Source: an uncultured Alphaproteobacteria bacterium (GTDB lineage Bacteria > Pseudomonadota > Alphaproteobacteria > Rhodobacterales > Rhodobacteraceae). From it: a stretch of DNA of 64,000 nucleotides. Of the stretch, positions 12,746 to 28,150 are shown piece by piece (the first letter of the stretch is position 1; every line of letters starts with the position of its first letter). Under the pieces are notes generated by a model that was given only the letters and a program-made list of their open reading frames with translations, was not told the DNA's origin and searched no databases. The DNA lies in contig CAVUWP010000017.1 in assembly GCA_963745085.1 (NCBI GenBank), positions 418,153-482,152 on the forward strand, given 5' to 3'. Position numbers and translations under genes: made by a program.

Positions 12746-14445
12746 ATGGCCGAGACGGACAAGAGGATCGAGGTCCGCTACGGCGCCTTCGCCTGCCGGG
12801 TCGAGGGCTTCGACGATCCGATGGAGCGGCTGCGCGAGGTGTTGTCCCTTGTGCAGCAGGCGATCGCCGAGACGCCGGCGCTGGCCGATCGGGCGTCGGC
12901 GCTCGACGCAGCGCAGCTCGCGCGCCTGCACGATGCGCTGGGGAGCCGCGGCGCCGATGGCGATCCCGACATCCCCGGCGTCGTCGTGATCCGGGACGGC
13001 CAGCGTCCGGCGGCGGACATCGCCGACGCGGAAACCCTGGAGGTCGATGCGGCCGCCGATGCCGGGTCGCAGCCCGCGATCGACGCGCCACCGGCCGAAG
13101 CCGGACCGCATCCCTCGGCCGCGATCCATGCGGCGCCCGCCGCGGCCGTCGCCAAAGCGGCCTTCTCGGCCGGCGTCGCCTCGGAGGACGCCGCTCCTCC
13201 GGGCGGGGCGAGCCGGCAGGGGCCGCTCGGCGCCGACAGGCCCGACCAGGCGGCAACGCCGGCGGCGCTCTACGCCGCCCCGGCGGCGCTTGTCGCCGGG
13301 ACGGCATTCTCGCGCGGCTTTGCCGATGCCGCGCCGGCGGACGACGATGTCGAAGAGCCCGGGCCGGAGCGGACGGACGAGACCGCCGACGACCGCCCTG
13401 CCGGCTTTGCGACCGCTCGCGGTCGACATGGCGAGGGCGCGGACGAGGACGCGGCTTCGTGGAGCTCGGGCCCGGCCGCCGCCTCGAGCATGATGGAGGC
13501 CTTTCGCCAGTCGGGCTTCGATGGCAACGACGATCAACCCCGGCGTGACGCGGGCGGGACCGGCGATGCCTCGGAAGGTCGCGTGCCCGGGCCTGCCCCC
13601 GACGATGCCGGAGCCGAGCCGCTGCCCGCGATCAACATCTTCGCGCCGCCGCCCGACGACCCTGGATTTCAGGTGCCCGAGACGGGGACCCTGACCGCTC
13701 CCCAGCCGGGGGCGGCGCTGCATCGCGGCCCCCGCCCGGCGACCGCCGAGGCGGGGGCCGAGGGGGCGTCGGCCACGCCGCCGGCCGGACCGCTCGTGGC
13801 CGGCCGGCGACGAGACTGTCTTCAGCGAGGACTTCTCCGACGATGGCGTCCCTGAAGACCGCGGCCCCGATGACGGCGGCCCCGATGACGCAGGCCCCAA
13901 AAACGGCCGCCCCGATGCCGGCCGCCTCGATGACGGGGCATCGCGCGGGGGCGCCACGGACGAGTTGGACGATCCCGACGAAGCCCTGGACGACGGCGCC
14001 GGCGACTGGCGCCGATCCCGAGGACCGGTCGGAGGGCGAGCCGGTCGGAAGCGCCGAGAACCGCCTGGCCGCGCTGATCACCCGCTATCAGTGCGGCCAG
14101 CACGAGAGCGTCGATCGCGCGCCCGCCGCGCGATGCCCGCCCGGCCGGCACGCTCTCCGCCGCCGAGCTGGCCGAGCGGTGCGGAGGCGACGGAGGTCGC
14201 CGAGCTGCTGGCGGTCTCGGCGGCCTGGCTGACGCTCGCCGGCGGCCGGGCGCGGTTCACGCGGCGCGAGGTGATGGAGGTCTTCGAGGTGCTGCCCGGC
14301 GAACATCCGCGCACGCTCGAGGCGCGAATCAAGGGGTTCGGCAAGCTCGTCCGCTCCGGGACGCTGCGAGCTGGTCGACGAGGGCGACTTCGCGCTCGCC
14401 CACCGCGAGCGCGCCCGCTTCCGCGCGCTGATGGATCAGGGCTGA
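12746..14445 (+). CDS. Hypothetical protein: folded N- and C-terminal domains joined by a long acidic Ala/Pro-rich linker, frameshifted
   Basis: N-term [17 protein letters not shown]-term [10 protein letters not shown]...FGKLVRSG; 15-bp degenerate repeats near 13860-13935. Confidence 0.65.
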
Positions 14446-14667
14446 GGCGGACGCCCGGTCTGCGACCGGGTCCGGCCGGGCGATGCCGCGGAACAGCCCG
14501 CGCAGCGGCAGCGCCCAGACGATGCCGAGCCCGACATAGATCGCCAGCTCGATCAGCACATCCGGCCGCTCGAACAGCCCGACCAGCGTCGACGCGGCGA
14601 CGACATAGAGCGGCAGCCCGACCATCAGCAGGACCGCGCAGACGATCTTTCTCAATCGATAGCTCAT
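14436..14667 (-). CDS. DUF2842 small membrane protein
   Basis: [20 protein letters not shown]...[12 protein letters not shown]...PDP; usual neighbour of purA; 3' end uncertain. Confidence 0.75.
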
Positions 14668-14747
14668 GCTGTCGGACCTAGCGCTGCGGTGCCACGGGTC
14701 CAACGCGTCGCCCGCGCCACGGCCGGCTGGATACCCGCGCATCCGGC

Positions 14748-16049
<1,302 letters not shown>

Positions 16050-16199
16050 GCTGCGAGCCCTCCCGTTGACCACGGGGTTAGAGCAAGCTCGGCCGCCGCT
16101 GGCAAGCGGTGGCAGCGAGCCGGGCCGTCGGCGACGTCGGCGGATACGGTTCTTGTCTCGTTCTCGTCGTTGTGTCAGGATTGCCGCGATGGACGACGC

Positions 16200-17672
16200 A
16201 TGACCACATATCTGGACATATCTCGGCGCGCTGCCGCCGTTCGATCGCCCACCTGTCTCGCGGCCGGCGGCGGCGCGCGGTCCTCGGCCTGATGCGTCGG
16301 CCGCGCGACGCTCGGCCGCGCCGCGCGCGCGCGGCTGCGCTGGCCGAGGCCGACGCGGCTGCGCGAACCGACGCGGCGGAGCTCGTCAGCGACTGCGCCA
16401 GCGCCGAGGCGTGCGGCCGGCCGGGTGCCCGGCGCTGGAGCGCGCGGATCGCCGGGCTGCGCGGCGCGCTGCGCCGACGAGATGCGCCGGGCCGAGAACC
16501 TCGACGGCCAGCTCGCGCGCCGCCCGCGCCGAGCAGGAGGCGCGGCTGCGAGCGAGCTGCGCCTGATGGGCGAGGAGATCGAGCGCAAGTTCGGCGCGCT
16601 GGCGCAGAAGGCGCTGAGCGGCAACGCCGAATCGTTCCTCAAGCTCGTCAGCGAGCGCTTCGAGAAGCACAAGGCGGCGGCGGAGGCCGATCTCGGCGAG
16701 CGCCAGAAGGCGATCGAGGGCATGATGAAGCCGATCGCCGAGAACCTGTCGAAGTTCGAGGCCCAGGTCGGCGAGATCGAGAAGGCGCGCGAGGGCGCCT
16801 ATGGCGCGATCCAGGCGCAGATCCGGACGCTGGCCGACGGCCAGATGGCGCTGCGCGGCGAGACGGCGCGGCTCGTCCAGGCGCTGCGCCAGCCCAAGAC
16901 GCGCGGCAGCTGGGGCGAGTTCCAGCTCCGCCAGGTCTTCGAGATGGCCGGCATGGTCGAGCATGTCGACTTCCTGACCGAGCACATCGCTCGACCACGG
17001 CGACGGGCGGCTGCGCCCGGACGCCGATCGTCAGGATGCCGGGCGGCAAGTCGATCGTCGTCGATGCCAAGACGCCGTTCGACGGCTATCCTGGCGCTGA
17101 TCGAGGCCGAGGACGAGCAGGCGCGAGGCGACGCCCTGAAGACGCATGTCCGCCATGTCCGGCAGCACATCGCCAACCTGTCGCGCAAGGAGTACTGGAG
17201 CGCGCTCGACGTCACGCCCGACTTCGTCGTCATGTTCATGCCGAACGAGGCGATGTACTCGTGCGCCATTGACGCCGAGCCCGGCATCTTCGAGGAGGCG
17301 ATGCGCAATCGCGTGCTGATCTCGACGCCGACGAACTTCATCGCGCTGATCAAAGCCATCGCCTATGGCTGGCAGGAGGAGAAGCTGGCGCGCAACGCCC
17401 AGCGAGGTGGCGACGCTGGCGCGCGATCTCTACGAGCGCATCGGCAAGTTCGGCGAGCACCTCGCCGGCCTCGGCAAGGCGCTGCGCCAGCGCGGTCGAG
17501 CAAGTACAACGACAGCGTCGGCTCGCTCGAGGGCCGGGTGCTGCCGCAGGCGCGCAAGTTCGAGCGGCTGGGCGTCGTCGGCGCCGGCGCCGAGCTGCCC
17601 GAGCCGGGTCAGGTCGAGATCGAGCCGCGCGTGCTGGCCGCAGCCGAGTTCGCCGCAGAGAGAGCCGCGTAG
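16200..17672 (+). CDS. rmuC: DNA recombination protein RmuC, frameshifted; start approximate
   Basis: Coiled coil then [48 protein letters not shown]. Confidence 0.9.
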
Positions 17673-17840
17673 ACGCCGACTAGACGCCGGTCGCGGCCCC
17701 GGGCCAGCCGGCGACCCCGACCCGCCGGCACTCCGCCGGACTGTCGCGTCGCCCGGTGCGGCGCCGCTCGCCGGGCGTCGGCGAAGGCCGGACCCGCGGC
17801 ACCGCGCCGCTGGGCGCGGCGTCGCCGGAGGCCGTCCGCC

Positions 17841-19436
17841 TCAGAACGCCAGCGCCTTGGCCTGGCGCACATGCGGCAGCGCGCCGATCTCGGCCAGGAC
17901 CTGCGGCGCCACCGGGTCGTCGACGCCCAGCAGCGCGATCGCCTCGCCGCCCTTCTCGGCCCGGCCGAGCGCGAAGGTGGCGATGTTGACGCCGAGCGCG
18001 CCGAGCCTGGTGCCGAGCGCGCCGATATAGCCGGGCGTGTCGGTGTTGACCGTGTAGAGCATGAAGGGCATCGGCTCGGCCTCGAGGTTGATCCCCTTGA
18101 TCTGGATGAAGCGCGGCTTGCCGTCCGAGAACACCGTCGCCGCGACCGACCGCGTCTGGTGCTCGGTCGTGACGGTAAGCCGGATGTAGGAGCCGATAGG
18201 CGCCCTGCGCGTCCATGCGCGTCTCGGCGATCTGGATGCCGCGCTCGCGCGCGACCAGCGGCGCCGAGACCATGTTGACGCCGCCCTCGCCCATAGCGGG
18301 CGTCAGCATCGCCGCGGTCAGCGCCGCCGTCAGCGGCCGCAGGTTCAGCTCGCCGACCCGGCCGACATACTCGATCTCGATCGAGCGCATGGCGTGCTCG
18401 GTCAACTGGCCGGCGAAGCCGCCGAGCGCCTCGGCGACGCGCACCCAGGGCTTCAGGATCGGCGCCTCCTCGGCGGTGATCGACGGCGCGTTGATGGCGT
18501 TCTGGATCGCGCCGTGGCAGCAGGTAGTCGGACATCTGCTCGGCGACCTGCAGGGCGACGTTCTCCTGCGCCTCGGTGGTCGCCGCGCCCAGATGCGGCG
18601 TGCGACGACGTTCGGCGGCGCCGAACAGCGCGTTCTCGGTCGCCGGCTCGACGGCGAACACGTCGAAGGCGGCGCCGGCGAGCCGGCCCTCGCGCAGCGC
18701 CTCGGCGACCGCCGCCTCGTCGACCAGCCCGCCGCGCGCGCAGTTGATCAGCCGCGCGCCCGGCTTCATGCGCGCGATCCGTTCGCGCGACGAGGATGTT
18801 CGCGGTCTTCTCGGTCTTCGGCAGGTGCAGCGTGACGAAGTCGGCGCGGGCCAGCAGGTCGTCGAGCTCCTCGACCTTCTCGACGCCCAGCTCGCGGCGC
18901 GGTCCGCCGACAGGAACGGGTCGTAGGCGATGACCTTCATCCTCAGCCCGATGCGCGCGGCTCGGCCACGACCGAGCCGATGTTGCCGCAGCCGATCAGG
19001 CCCAGCGTCTTGCCGGTGATCTCGACCCCCATGAAGGCCGACTTCTCCCACTTGCCGGCGTGCGTCGAGGCGTCGCCTGCGGGATCTGGCGCGCCAGCGC
19101 GAACATCATCGCGATCGCGTGCTCGGCCGTGGTGATCGAATTGCCGAAGGGCGTGTTCATCACGACGATGCCGCGCGCCGACGCCGCCGGCAGGTCGATG
19201 TTGTCGACGCCGATGCCGGCGCGGCCGATGACGCGCAGCTTCTCGGCGCGGTCCAGGATCGCCGGCGTCGACCTTGGTCGCCGAGCGCACGGCCAGCCCG
19301 TCATAGCCGCCGATCATCTCGGCCAGCGCGCCGGGTCCTTGCCGAGCTCGGGCCGGAAGTCGGCATCGACGCCGTGGTCGGAGAAGATGCGCAGCGCTTC
19401 GTCCGAGAGCGCGTCGGAAATGAGAACCTTGGGCAT
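17841..19436 (-). CDS. serA: D-3-phosphoglycerate dehydrogenase, frameshifted
   Basis: [37 protein letters not shown]-terminal ACT domain NIATFALGR. Confidence 0.93.
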
Positions 19437-19553
19437 GGCCTGTCCTTTCGGATCGCGGGGCCCGCCGACCCATCGCCTGGGACCGCATCGGACCGGTTGT
19501 CTGGAGATCGGCGCCGACGCTTCGCCTCGCCGTTCGGTCGGGGCTGCCGCCGC

Positions 19554-20751
19554 TCAGGCGACCAGCCGCTCGGAGCGCGCCCGCGCGAAGGCCCAGTCGA
19601 GCCAGGGCGTCAGCGCCTCGATGTCCGCCGTATCGACCGTGGCGCCGCACCAGATGCGCAGGCCCGGCGGCGCGTCGCGATAGCCGCCGATGTCGAAGGC
19701 GACGCCCTCGTCCTCGAGCAGCGCCGTCAGCGCCTTGACGAAGGCGCGCTGCGCGCCCTCGTCCAGCGCGGCGATCTCCGGGTCGGCGATCTTCAGGCAG
19801 ACCGATGTGTTCGAGCGCGCGGCCGGCTCGATCGACCAGGTTCTCGATCCATGGCGTGCGATCGACCCAGGCCTGCAGCGCGGCGAAGTTCGCGTCGGCG
19901 CGGGCGATAAGCGCCGGCAGCCCGCCGATCCCCTCGGCCCAGTCCAGCGCATCCTCCCAGTCGGCGACGCACAGCATCGACGGCGTGTTGATCGTCTCGC
20001 CGCGGAAGACGCCCTCGATCAGCTTGCCGCCCTTGGTCAGGCGGAAGACCTTGGGCAGGCGGCCGATCGGCGGCGTGAAGCGTCGTCAGCCGCTCGACCG
20101 CGCGCGGCGACAGCGCCAGCATGCCGTGCGCCGGCCTCGCCGCCCAGCGCCTTCTGCCAGGAGAAGGTCGACGACATCGAGCTTGTCCCAGTCGAACGCC
20201 TGCGCGAAGGCCGCCGAGGTGGCGTCGCAAATGGTCAGCCCGTCGCGGTCGGCGGCGATCCAGCCCGCATTCGGCACGCGCGCGCCGCTGGTCGTGCCGT
20301 TCCAGGTGAAGACCAGGTCCGCGTCGCGGCCGCACCGACGGCCAGATCGGGCAGCGCGCCATAGGCCGCCTCGAGCACGCGGGCATCGTCCAGCTTCAGC
20401 TGCTTGACGGCGTCGGTGGCCCAGCCCTCGCCGAAGCTCTCCCAGACCAGCACGTCGACCGGGCGCGCGCCCAGCAGCGACCACATCGCCATCTCGAAGG
20501 CGCCGGTGTCCGAGCCGGGCACGATGCCGAGCCGCTAGCCATCCGGCAGGCCGAGCAGCCGCGCCGTCCGGTCGATCACCTCTTTCAGCTGCGCCTTCGG
20601 CCCCGCGGCGCGGTGCGAGCGGCCGAGCCAGGCACGCGCCGCCACCGCCTCGGCCGACCAGCCGGGCCGCTTGGCGCATGGACCGGATGAAAAACAAGGT
20701 TGGCCGGGCCGCACGCCCGGCCTTTCGGCCAGACCAGATAGGGAACGTCAT
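19554..20751 (-). CDS. serC: Phosphoserine aminotransferase (alphaproteobacterial type), frameshifted
   Basis: [57 protein letters not shown]. Confidence 0.92.
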
Positions 20752-21109
20752 CGGACGCGCTCCGTCGTCAAGGGCGAAGTTCCTGAGCCCGGCCCCGCTC
20801 GCCCTTATCCGGCGCCGCGCCCGCGTACCGGCTATGAAAGACGGGCGCACAGTCAATATGGCAGGAAGACCGATCACCGAATCGCGCGGCGGATGCCGGG
20901 CGGCAAACGAGGGAAATCCGCCATCCGCGTGCAAATCACCCCGCCAGGCGGCTCGCGAGACGCTCGCCGCATTCAGTCGGATATTGCGCGAACCGCCGCG
21001 TGCCGTGGCGCCGGCGTCGGCGGGGCACCTTGCGACGCAACAACCTACCCGAATTGCGCGATCTCCGGGGCAGGTCCAGAATGGCCGAAATGCCTCGGAG
21101 GCCCTTTCG

Positions 21110-22142
21110 ATGCAGATCTTCGCGCACCCCGACTTCGACGACCACGAGCAGGTGGTCTACGCCCGCGATGCCAGGGCCGGCCTGACCGCGATCATCGCCT
21201 TGCACAACACGGCGCTCGGCCCGGCGCTCGGCGGCTGCCGGATCTGGAACTACGCGAGCGAGGACGAGGCGGTGGCCGACGTGCTGCGGCTCTCGCGCGG
21301 CATGACCTACAAGGCGGCGCTGGCCGGGCTGGCGCTCGGCGGCGGCAAATCGGTGATCCTGGCCGATGCGCAGACCGAAAAGACGCCGGCGATGATGCGC
21401 GCCATGGGCCGCGCCGTCGAGCGCCTGGGCGGGCGCTACATCGTCGCCGAGGACGTCGGCGCGACGGTGGCGGACATGGACGAAATCGCGACGCGAGACG
21501 GCGCATGTCTCCGGCACCTCGGCCAACGTCGGCGATCCCTCGCCCTGGACGGCGCGGGGCGTCTATCTCGCCATGCAGGCGGCCGCCCGACACCGCTGGG
21601 GCAGCGGCGTCGAGGGGCTGACGGTCTCGGTGACGGGCCTCGGCAATGTCGGAGCGACTCTGTGTCGCCAGCTCGCCGGGGCCGGCGCCCGGCTGCTCGT
21701 CTCGGACATCCGCGGCGAGGCGGTGGCCCGCATCGTCCAGGAGACCGGCGCCGCGGCGATCGAGCCCGAGGCCGCTCACGCCGCCGAGGCCGACATCTTC
21801 GCGCCCTGCGCGCTCGGCGCCGGGTTGAACGCGCGGACGATCCCCGAGATCAGGGCGGCAATCGTCTGCGGCGCCGCGAACAACCAGCTGGCGACCCCGC
21901 AGGACGGCGAGCGACTGGCGGCGCGCGGCATCCTCTATGCCCCGGACTACCTGGTGAACGCCGGCGGCCTCGTCTCGGTCGCGCGCGTCAAGCTCGGCCT
22001 CGACGAGGACGCCGCCAAGGCGAAGCTGCAGAGCATCCCGGAGACGCTGGTGCAGGTGTTCCGCTTGGCAGAGCGGCAATCGACCCATCCCGCCGCGGCG
22101 GCCGACCGCCTCGCCGAGAGCAGTTTTCGCGCGGTGCGCTGA
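21110..22142 (+). CDS. Glu/Leu/Phe/Val dehydrogenase (leucine dehydrogenase-like), one frameshift
   Basis: [52 protein letters not shown]. Confidence 0.9.
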
Positions 22143-22250
22143 CTTTCCGCGCGGTGCCCTGATACGGCACGCCAGCCCGGTACGCCGACCCGGCGCCCAG
22201 CGCCGCCGCAACAGGGCGGCACGACCGGACGCCCGGGCGCGCCGCCACGC

Positions 22251-22872
22251 TCAGCCGTGCAGCCCGGCATGCGCCTGCGTCGCCCCAGAGTTCCTCGACG
22301 CGCTGGTCGCGGCCGCAGTTCCAGCGGTAGTATTTGTACCGGAGCGGGTTCTTCTCGTAATAGTCCTGATGATAGTCCTCCGCCGGCCAGAAGGCGCCGC
22401 GCCTCGACGATGGGCGTCACGATCTCCTGCCCGAGCGCGGCCTCGGCCGCGGCCTTCGACGCCTCGGCGGCCTGCCGCGCCGGCCTCGTCGGCGACGAAG
22501 ACGGCGGTGCGGTAGCTGTCGCCGCGGTCGCAGAACTGGCCGCCCGGCATCGGTCGGATCGACGGTGCGCCAGAAGATGTCGACGAGCTGGCGATAGCTC
22601 GACGCTCGTCCGGATCGTAGGTCACCTCGACGGCTTCATAGTGCCCGGTGCCGCCGTGGCTGACCTGCTCGTAGGTCGGATTCTCGAGCGTGCCGCCGGT
22701 ATAGCCGGAGACGGTCTCGAGCACGCCCGGCACCGCGTCGAAATCGGACTCGACGCACCAGAAGCAGCCGCCGGCGAAGACGGCCGTCTTAGGCTCGGCG
22801 GCCACCGCCCCGCGACGTCGCCGTGGCGAGCGCGGCCAGCCATCCCGGCCGCGATCAACAATGTGCACGCAT
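22251..22872 (-). CDS. msrA: Peptide methionine sulfoxide reductase A with N-terminal export signal, frameshifted
   Basis: [39 protein letters not shown] upstream of ATG at 22872. Confidence 0.88.
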
Positions 22873-23008
22873 CGTCGTTCCTCCAATGCTTTCGGCGGAT
22901 GTGGGGGCCACCGGCCCGCAGTGCCAGCCTGGGCCACGCTTCCGTGACACGATGCGAGGAGGGCGACGCCGGCGACCGCGCCCACGCTGCGGAGATGGAG
23001 CGGGCAGC

Positions 23009-24352
<1,344 letters not shown>

Positions 24353-24356
<4 letters not shown>

Positions 24357-25397
24357 GCCGCCTTCTCCTCCTCCGAGCGCCTGCCAGACGCGGACCGCCT
24401 GGACCGTCTCGGCCACGTCGTGCACGCGCAGCATCTGCGCGCCCTGTGCCAGCCCCGCGAGCCCGGCGGCGATCGAGCCCGCCGCCCGGCGCGTCCGGCG
24501 TCCGGCTCGCCGAGAGCCGCGCCGACGAAGCCCTTGCGCGAGACGCCGAGCAGCACCGCGCAGCCGAGCCCGTGCAGCAGCGACAGCCGCCGGATCAGCG
24601 CCAGATTGTGCTCCAGCGTCTTGCCGAAGCCGATCCCGGGATCGACGACGATCCGCGCCGCGCGCGATGCCGGCCGCCTCGGCCGCCGCGATCCGCTCTG
24701 CGAGGAAGTCGTAGACGTCGAGCAGAACGTCGTCGTAGGCGGGGTCGTCCTGCATCGTCTTAGGCTCGCCCTGCGCATGCATCAGGCAGACCGCCTCGGC
24801 GCCGGCCGCGGCGGCGCCGGCTGGCCGGGTCGTGGGTCAGCGCCGAGACGTCGTTGACCATGCGCGCCCCGGTCGCCAGCGCCGCCCGCATCACGGCAGC
24901 CTTGCGCGTGTCGACCGAGATCGGCACCGGGCAGCCGGCCGCCACCAGCCCCTCGATGACCGGCAGGACCCGGTCGGCCTCCTCGGCCGCGGCGCGTCGC
25001 GTCCGAGCCCGGCCGCGTCGACTCGCCGCCGACGTCCAGCAGATCGGCGCCGGCGCCGACCAGCGCCATGCCGTGCGCCACGGCCTGCTCCGCCGTGCGG
25101 TACAGCCCGCCATCCGAAAAGCTGTCCGGCGTGACGTTGATCACCGCCATGACGCGCGGGCGATCCAGCGCCAGCCCGGAGCGGACTCGGCCGGGGCGCT
25201 TTCACACGCTCGAGCACGATCGCCGCCTCTTGCCACAGCGCCATCACGGCGTCGGCCGGCAGGATTTCTGGCGCGCGGCCCCGGGCCAGAACCTCGACCT
25301 CGCGGAATCCCATAATTCCGCCGGCAAGCCGGCGCGCGCCGGGCAGAGCACGCGCGCAGGGAATGGGCCGGAAGTATCGGGTGCCACCTGTTTGCAC
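24353..25397 (-). CDS. folP: Dihydropteroate synthase, frameshifted; start approximate
   Basis: [41 protein letters not shown]; overlaps the glmM start. Confidence 0.92.
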
Positions 25398-25432
25398 GGG
25401 CGCGACATACCGCACCCGGCAGGGGCGGGCAA

Positions 25433-25462
25433 TCACACACATAGTGCGCATGCAGTGTGTGA
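25433..25462. promoter_or_regulatory. Perfect 8-bp inverted repeat TCACACAC-N14-GTGTGTGA in the AT-rich folP/cys divergent region
   Basis: Arms at 25433-25440 and 25455-25462; cognate regulator unknown. Confidence 0.4.
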
Positions 25463-25558
25463 AATTATCTGTGAGATGCCGATCGATGTAAAAAATTGAA
25501 TTCCACAACGACTGATGACATCTTTGCTCGGCGTCAATGTCCTTGTGGAGAAAGCGCC

Positions 25559-25888
25559 ATGGCCAAGACCTTCACCCCCGCCGTCCTGACCGCGAACCAT
25601 CTGGCCGAGGGCCATTCGGTCTTCCTCGCACCCGATGGTTGGTCGCGCCGGATCGATGCCGCGCTGGTCGCGCTGACGCCCGAGCAGTCCGAGGAGCTCG
25701 CCGCGCTCGGCAATCGCTTCGTCGATGCGAACGAGATCGTCGGACCCTATCTGATCGACGTCGCGCTCGATGCCGGCGCGCCGGTGCCCCTGCTCCGCCG
25801 CGAGCGGATCCGGGCCGATGGCCGGCCGACGATCGCGTTCGGGAGCCTCGCCGGGGTCGACCGCGCCGAGGATCGCCGCGCCGCCTGA
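25559..25888 (+). CDS. DUF2849 protein
   Basis: VLTANHLAEG..VFL...W, VGPYLIDV, RERIR..GRPT; precedes cysI. Confidence 0.85.
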   Translation: MAKTFTPAVLTANHLAEGHSVFLAPDGWSRRIDAALVALTPEQSEELAALGNRFVDANEIVGPYLIDVALDAGAPVPLLRRERIRADGRPTIAFGSLAGVDRAEDRRAA

Positions 25889-25966
25889 CCGGCCGCCAGG
25901 GCGTCGCCGTGACGCCCTTGAGGGTGGGGGTCTCGCCCGCCCCATCCCCCGCGCGAGGAACCGCCC

Positions 25967-27616
25967 GTGTACCGCTATGACGAGTTCGACCACAGCTTCG
26001 TTGCCGAGCGCACCGCCGAGTTCCGCGGCCAGGTCGCCCGGCGGCTGGACGGCAGCCTGACCGAGGACGAGTTCAAGCCGCTGCGTCTGATGAACGGCCT
26101 CTACCTGCAGCTGCACGCCTACATGCTGCGGGTCGCAGTCCCCTATGGCACGCTCGAGCCCCGCCAGATGCGCAAGCTCGCAGACATCGCCGAGACCTGG
26201 GACAAGGGCTATGGCCACTTCACGACGCGGCAGAACATCCAGTTCAACTGGCCGAAGCTGAAGGACGTGCCGGACATTCTCGACGCGCTCGCCACCGTCG
26301 AGATGCACGCCATTCAGACCAGCGGCAACTGCATCCGCAACGTGACCTCCGACCCATATGCCGGCGTCGCGGCGGAGGAGATCGAGGACCCGCGCATCAC
26401 GGCCGAGCTGATCCGCCAGTGGTCGAGCCTGCACCCCGAGTTCACCTTCCTCGGGCGCAAGTTCAAGATCGCCGTGACGGGCTCCGAGCACGACCGCGTG
26501 GCGCTGAAGCTGCACGACATCGGCGTCCAGCTCGTCCGGCGCGGCGAGGAGGTGGGCTACCGCATCCTCGTCGGCGGCGGCATGGGCCGCACGCCGATGA
26601 TCGCGCACGAGTTGCGCGACTTCCTGCCCCGCGACGAGCTGCTGCCGTACCTGGAGGCGGCGCTCCGCGTCTACAACCTGCACGGGCGGCGTGACAACAA
26701 GTTCAAGGCCCGCATCAAGATCCTGGTGCACGAGATCGGCATCGACGACTACCGCACCCAAACCGAGGCGGAATTCGCCGCCATGGACCGCGCCGCCGTC
26801 GCGGCGCCTGCCGCGGAGCTGGCCCGCATCGCCGCCTATTTCGCGCCGCCATCCCTCGAACCGCAGCCTGCCGGCAACGCCGCCTTCGAGCGCGCGCAGA
26901 AGACCGATCCCGCCTTCGCCCTGTGGGTCGAGCGCAACACCTACCCGCACCGCGTGCCCGGCCACGTCGCGGCGACGATCTCGCTGAAGCCGGTCGGCGG
27001 CGCGCCCGGAGACGCCACGGCCGAGCAGATGCGGGTCATGGCCGACCTCGCCGAGCGCCACTCGCAGTCCGAGCTGCGCGTCACGCACGAGCAGAACATC
27101 GTCCTGCCGCATGTCGCCCTCGCGGACCTGCACGCCGTCTTCCGCGGCCTGGCCGGCATCGGCCTCGACGCGCCGAACAAGGGCCTCGTCACCGACATCA
27201 TCGCCTGCCCGGGCCTCGACTACTGCACGCTGGCCACCGCCCGCTCGATCCCGGTCGCGCAGGCGATCAGCCGCCGCTTTGCCGACCCGGACCGCCAGGC
27301 CGAGATCGGGCCGCTGGCGATCAAGATCTCGGGCTGCATCAACGCCTGCGGCCACCACCATGTCGGCCACATCGGCATCCTCGGCCTCGACAAGGCGGGT
27401 GTCGAATCCTACCAGATCACGCTCGGCGGCGACGCCACCGAGACCGCGGCCTTGGGCGAGCGCACCGGGCCGGGCTTCGGCTATGACGAGGTGCCGGACG
27501 TCGTCGAGAAGATCGTCTCGACCTATCTCGCCAGGCGCGACGGGCCGGAGACGTTCCTGCAGACCTATCGCCGCATCGGCATGGCTCCGTTCAAGGAGGC
27601 GCTCTATGCTGCTTGA
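25967..27616 (+). CDS. cysI: Sulfite/nitrite reductase siroheme hemoprotein
   Basis: MYRYDEFD, HFTTRQNIQ, ACPGLDYC, KISGCINACG; intact. Confidence 0.92.
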   Translation: MYRYDEFDHSFVAERTAEFRGQVARRLDGSLTEDEFKPLRLMNGLYLQLHAYMLRVAVPYGTLEPRQMRKLADIAETWDKGYGHFTTRQNIQFNWPKLKDVPDILDALATVEMHAIQTSGNCIRNVTSDPYAGVAAEEIEDPRITAELIRQWSSLHPEFTFLGRKFKIAVTGSEHDRVALKLHDIGVQLVRRGEEVGYRILVGGGMGRTPMIAHELRDFLPRDELLPYLEAALRVYNLHGRRDNKFKARIKILVHEIGIDDYRTQTEAEFAAMDRAAVAAPAAELARIAAYFAPPSLEPQPAGNAAFERAQKTDPAFALWVERNTYPHRVPGHVAATISLKPVGGAPGDATAEQMRVMADLAERHSQSELRVTHEQNIVLPHVALADLHAVFRGLAGIGLDAPNKGLVTDIIACPGLDYCTLATARSIPVAQAISRRFADPDRQAEIGPLAIKISGCINACGHHHVGHIGILGLDKAGVESYQITLGGDATETAALGERTGPGFGYDEVPDVVEKIVSTYLARRDGPETFLQTYRRIGMAPFKEALYAA

Positions 27617-28136
27617 CCGCAATGGCGAGCTCGAGGACCTGTGGGCGCCCGTCGCCGACCACGAGCCGCTGCCCGATATGGGCTATGCGCTGGTGCCGAT
27701 CGCGCGCCTTCCCGCCGCGCTCGACCATGGCGGGCTGTATCTCGGGGTCGAGATCCCGAACCATTGCGAGCCGGGCAGGCTGGCGGCGCATTTCGACCGG
27801 GTGGGGCTGATCGCCGTCGACTTTCCCAGCTTTTCCGACGGGCGCGGCTTTTCCATCGCCGCCAAGCTGCGCGGGCTGGGCTTTCGCGGCCGGCTGCGCG
27901 CCTCCGGGCCGGTCATCGCCGACCAGTTCGCCTATCTGCTGGCCTGCGGCTTCGACGAGGTGCTGGTGCCGGACACTGTCGCGCTGCGACAGCCGCCCGA
28001 GCAGTGGGCGCACCAGCTCTCGGCGGTAACGCTCGCCTATCAGCGCGGCCGCCCGGTGCGCGCCTCGATCCTCGACCAGCGCCGCGCAGGCAAGGGCGAG
28101 GCGCCGGGTCGTTCGGGTGGGGTTGCCCCGGAGTAA
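27606..28136 (+). CDS. DUF934 protein
   Basis: DFPSFSDGRGFSIA..LR..GFRGRLRASG...DQ..YL..CGFD. Confidence 0.88.
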   Translation: MLLDRNGELEDLWAPVADHEPLPDMGYALVPIARLPAALDHGGLYLGVEIPNHCEPGRLAAHFDRVGLIAVDFPSFSDGRGFSIAAKLRGLGFRGRLRASGPVIADQFAYLLACGFDEVLVPDTVALRQPPEQWAHQLSAVTLAYQRGRPVRASILDQRRAGKGEAPGRSGGVAPE

Positions 28137-28150
28137 CGTGCGTGAACGCC

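Noticed and set aside
20752..21109. serC leader RNA or riboswitch upstream of serC
   Set aside because: No match recognisable by eye; an Rfam covariance search would be needed
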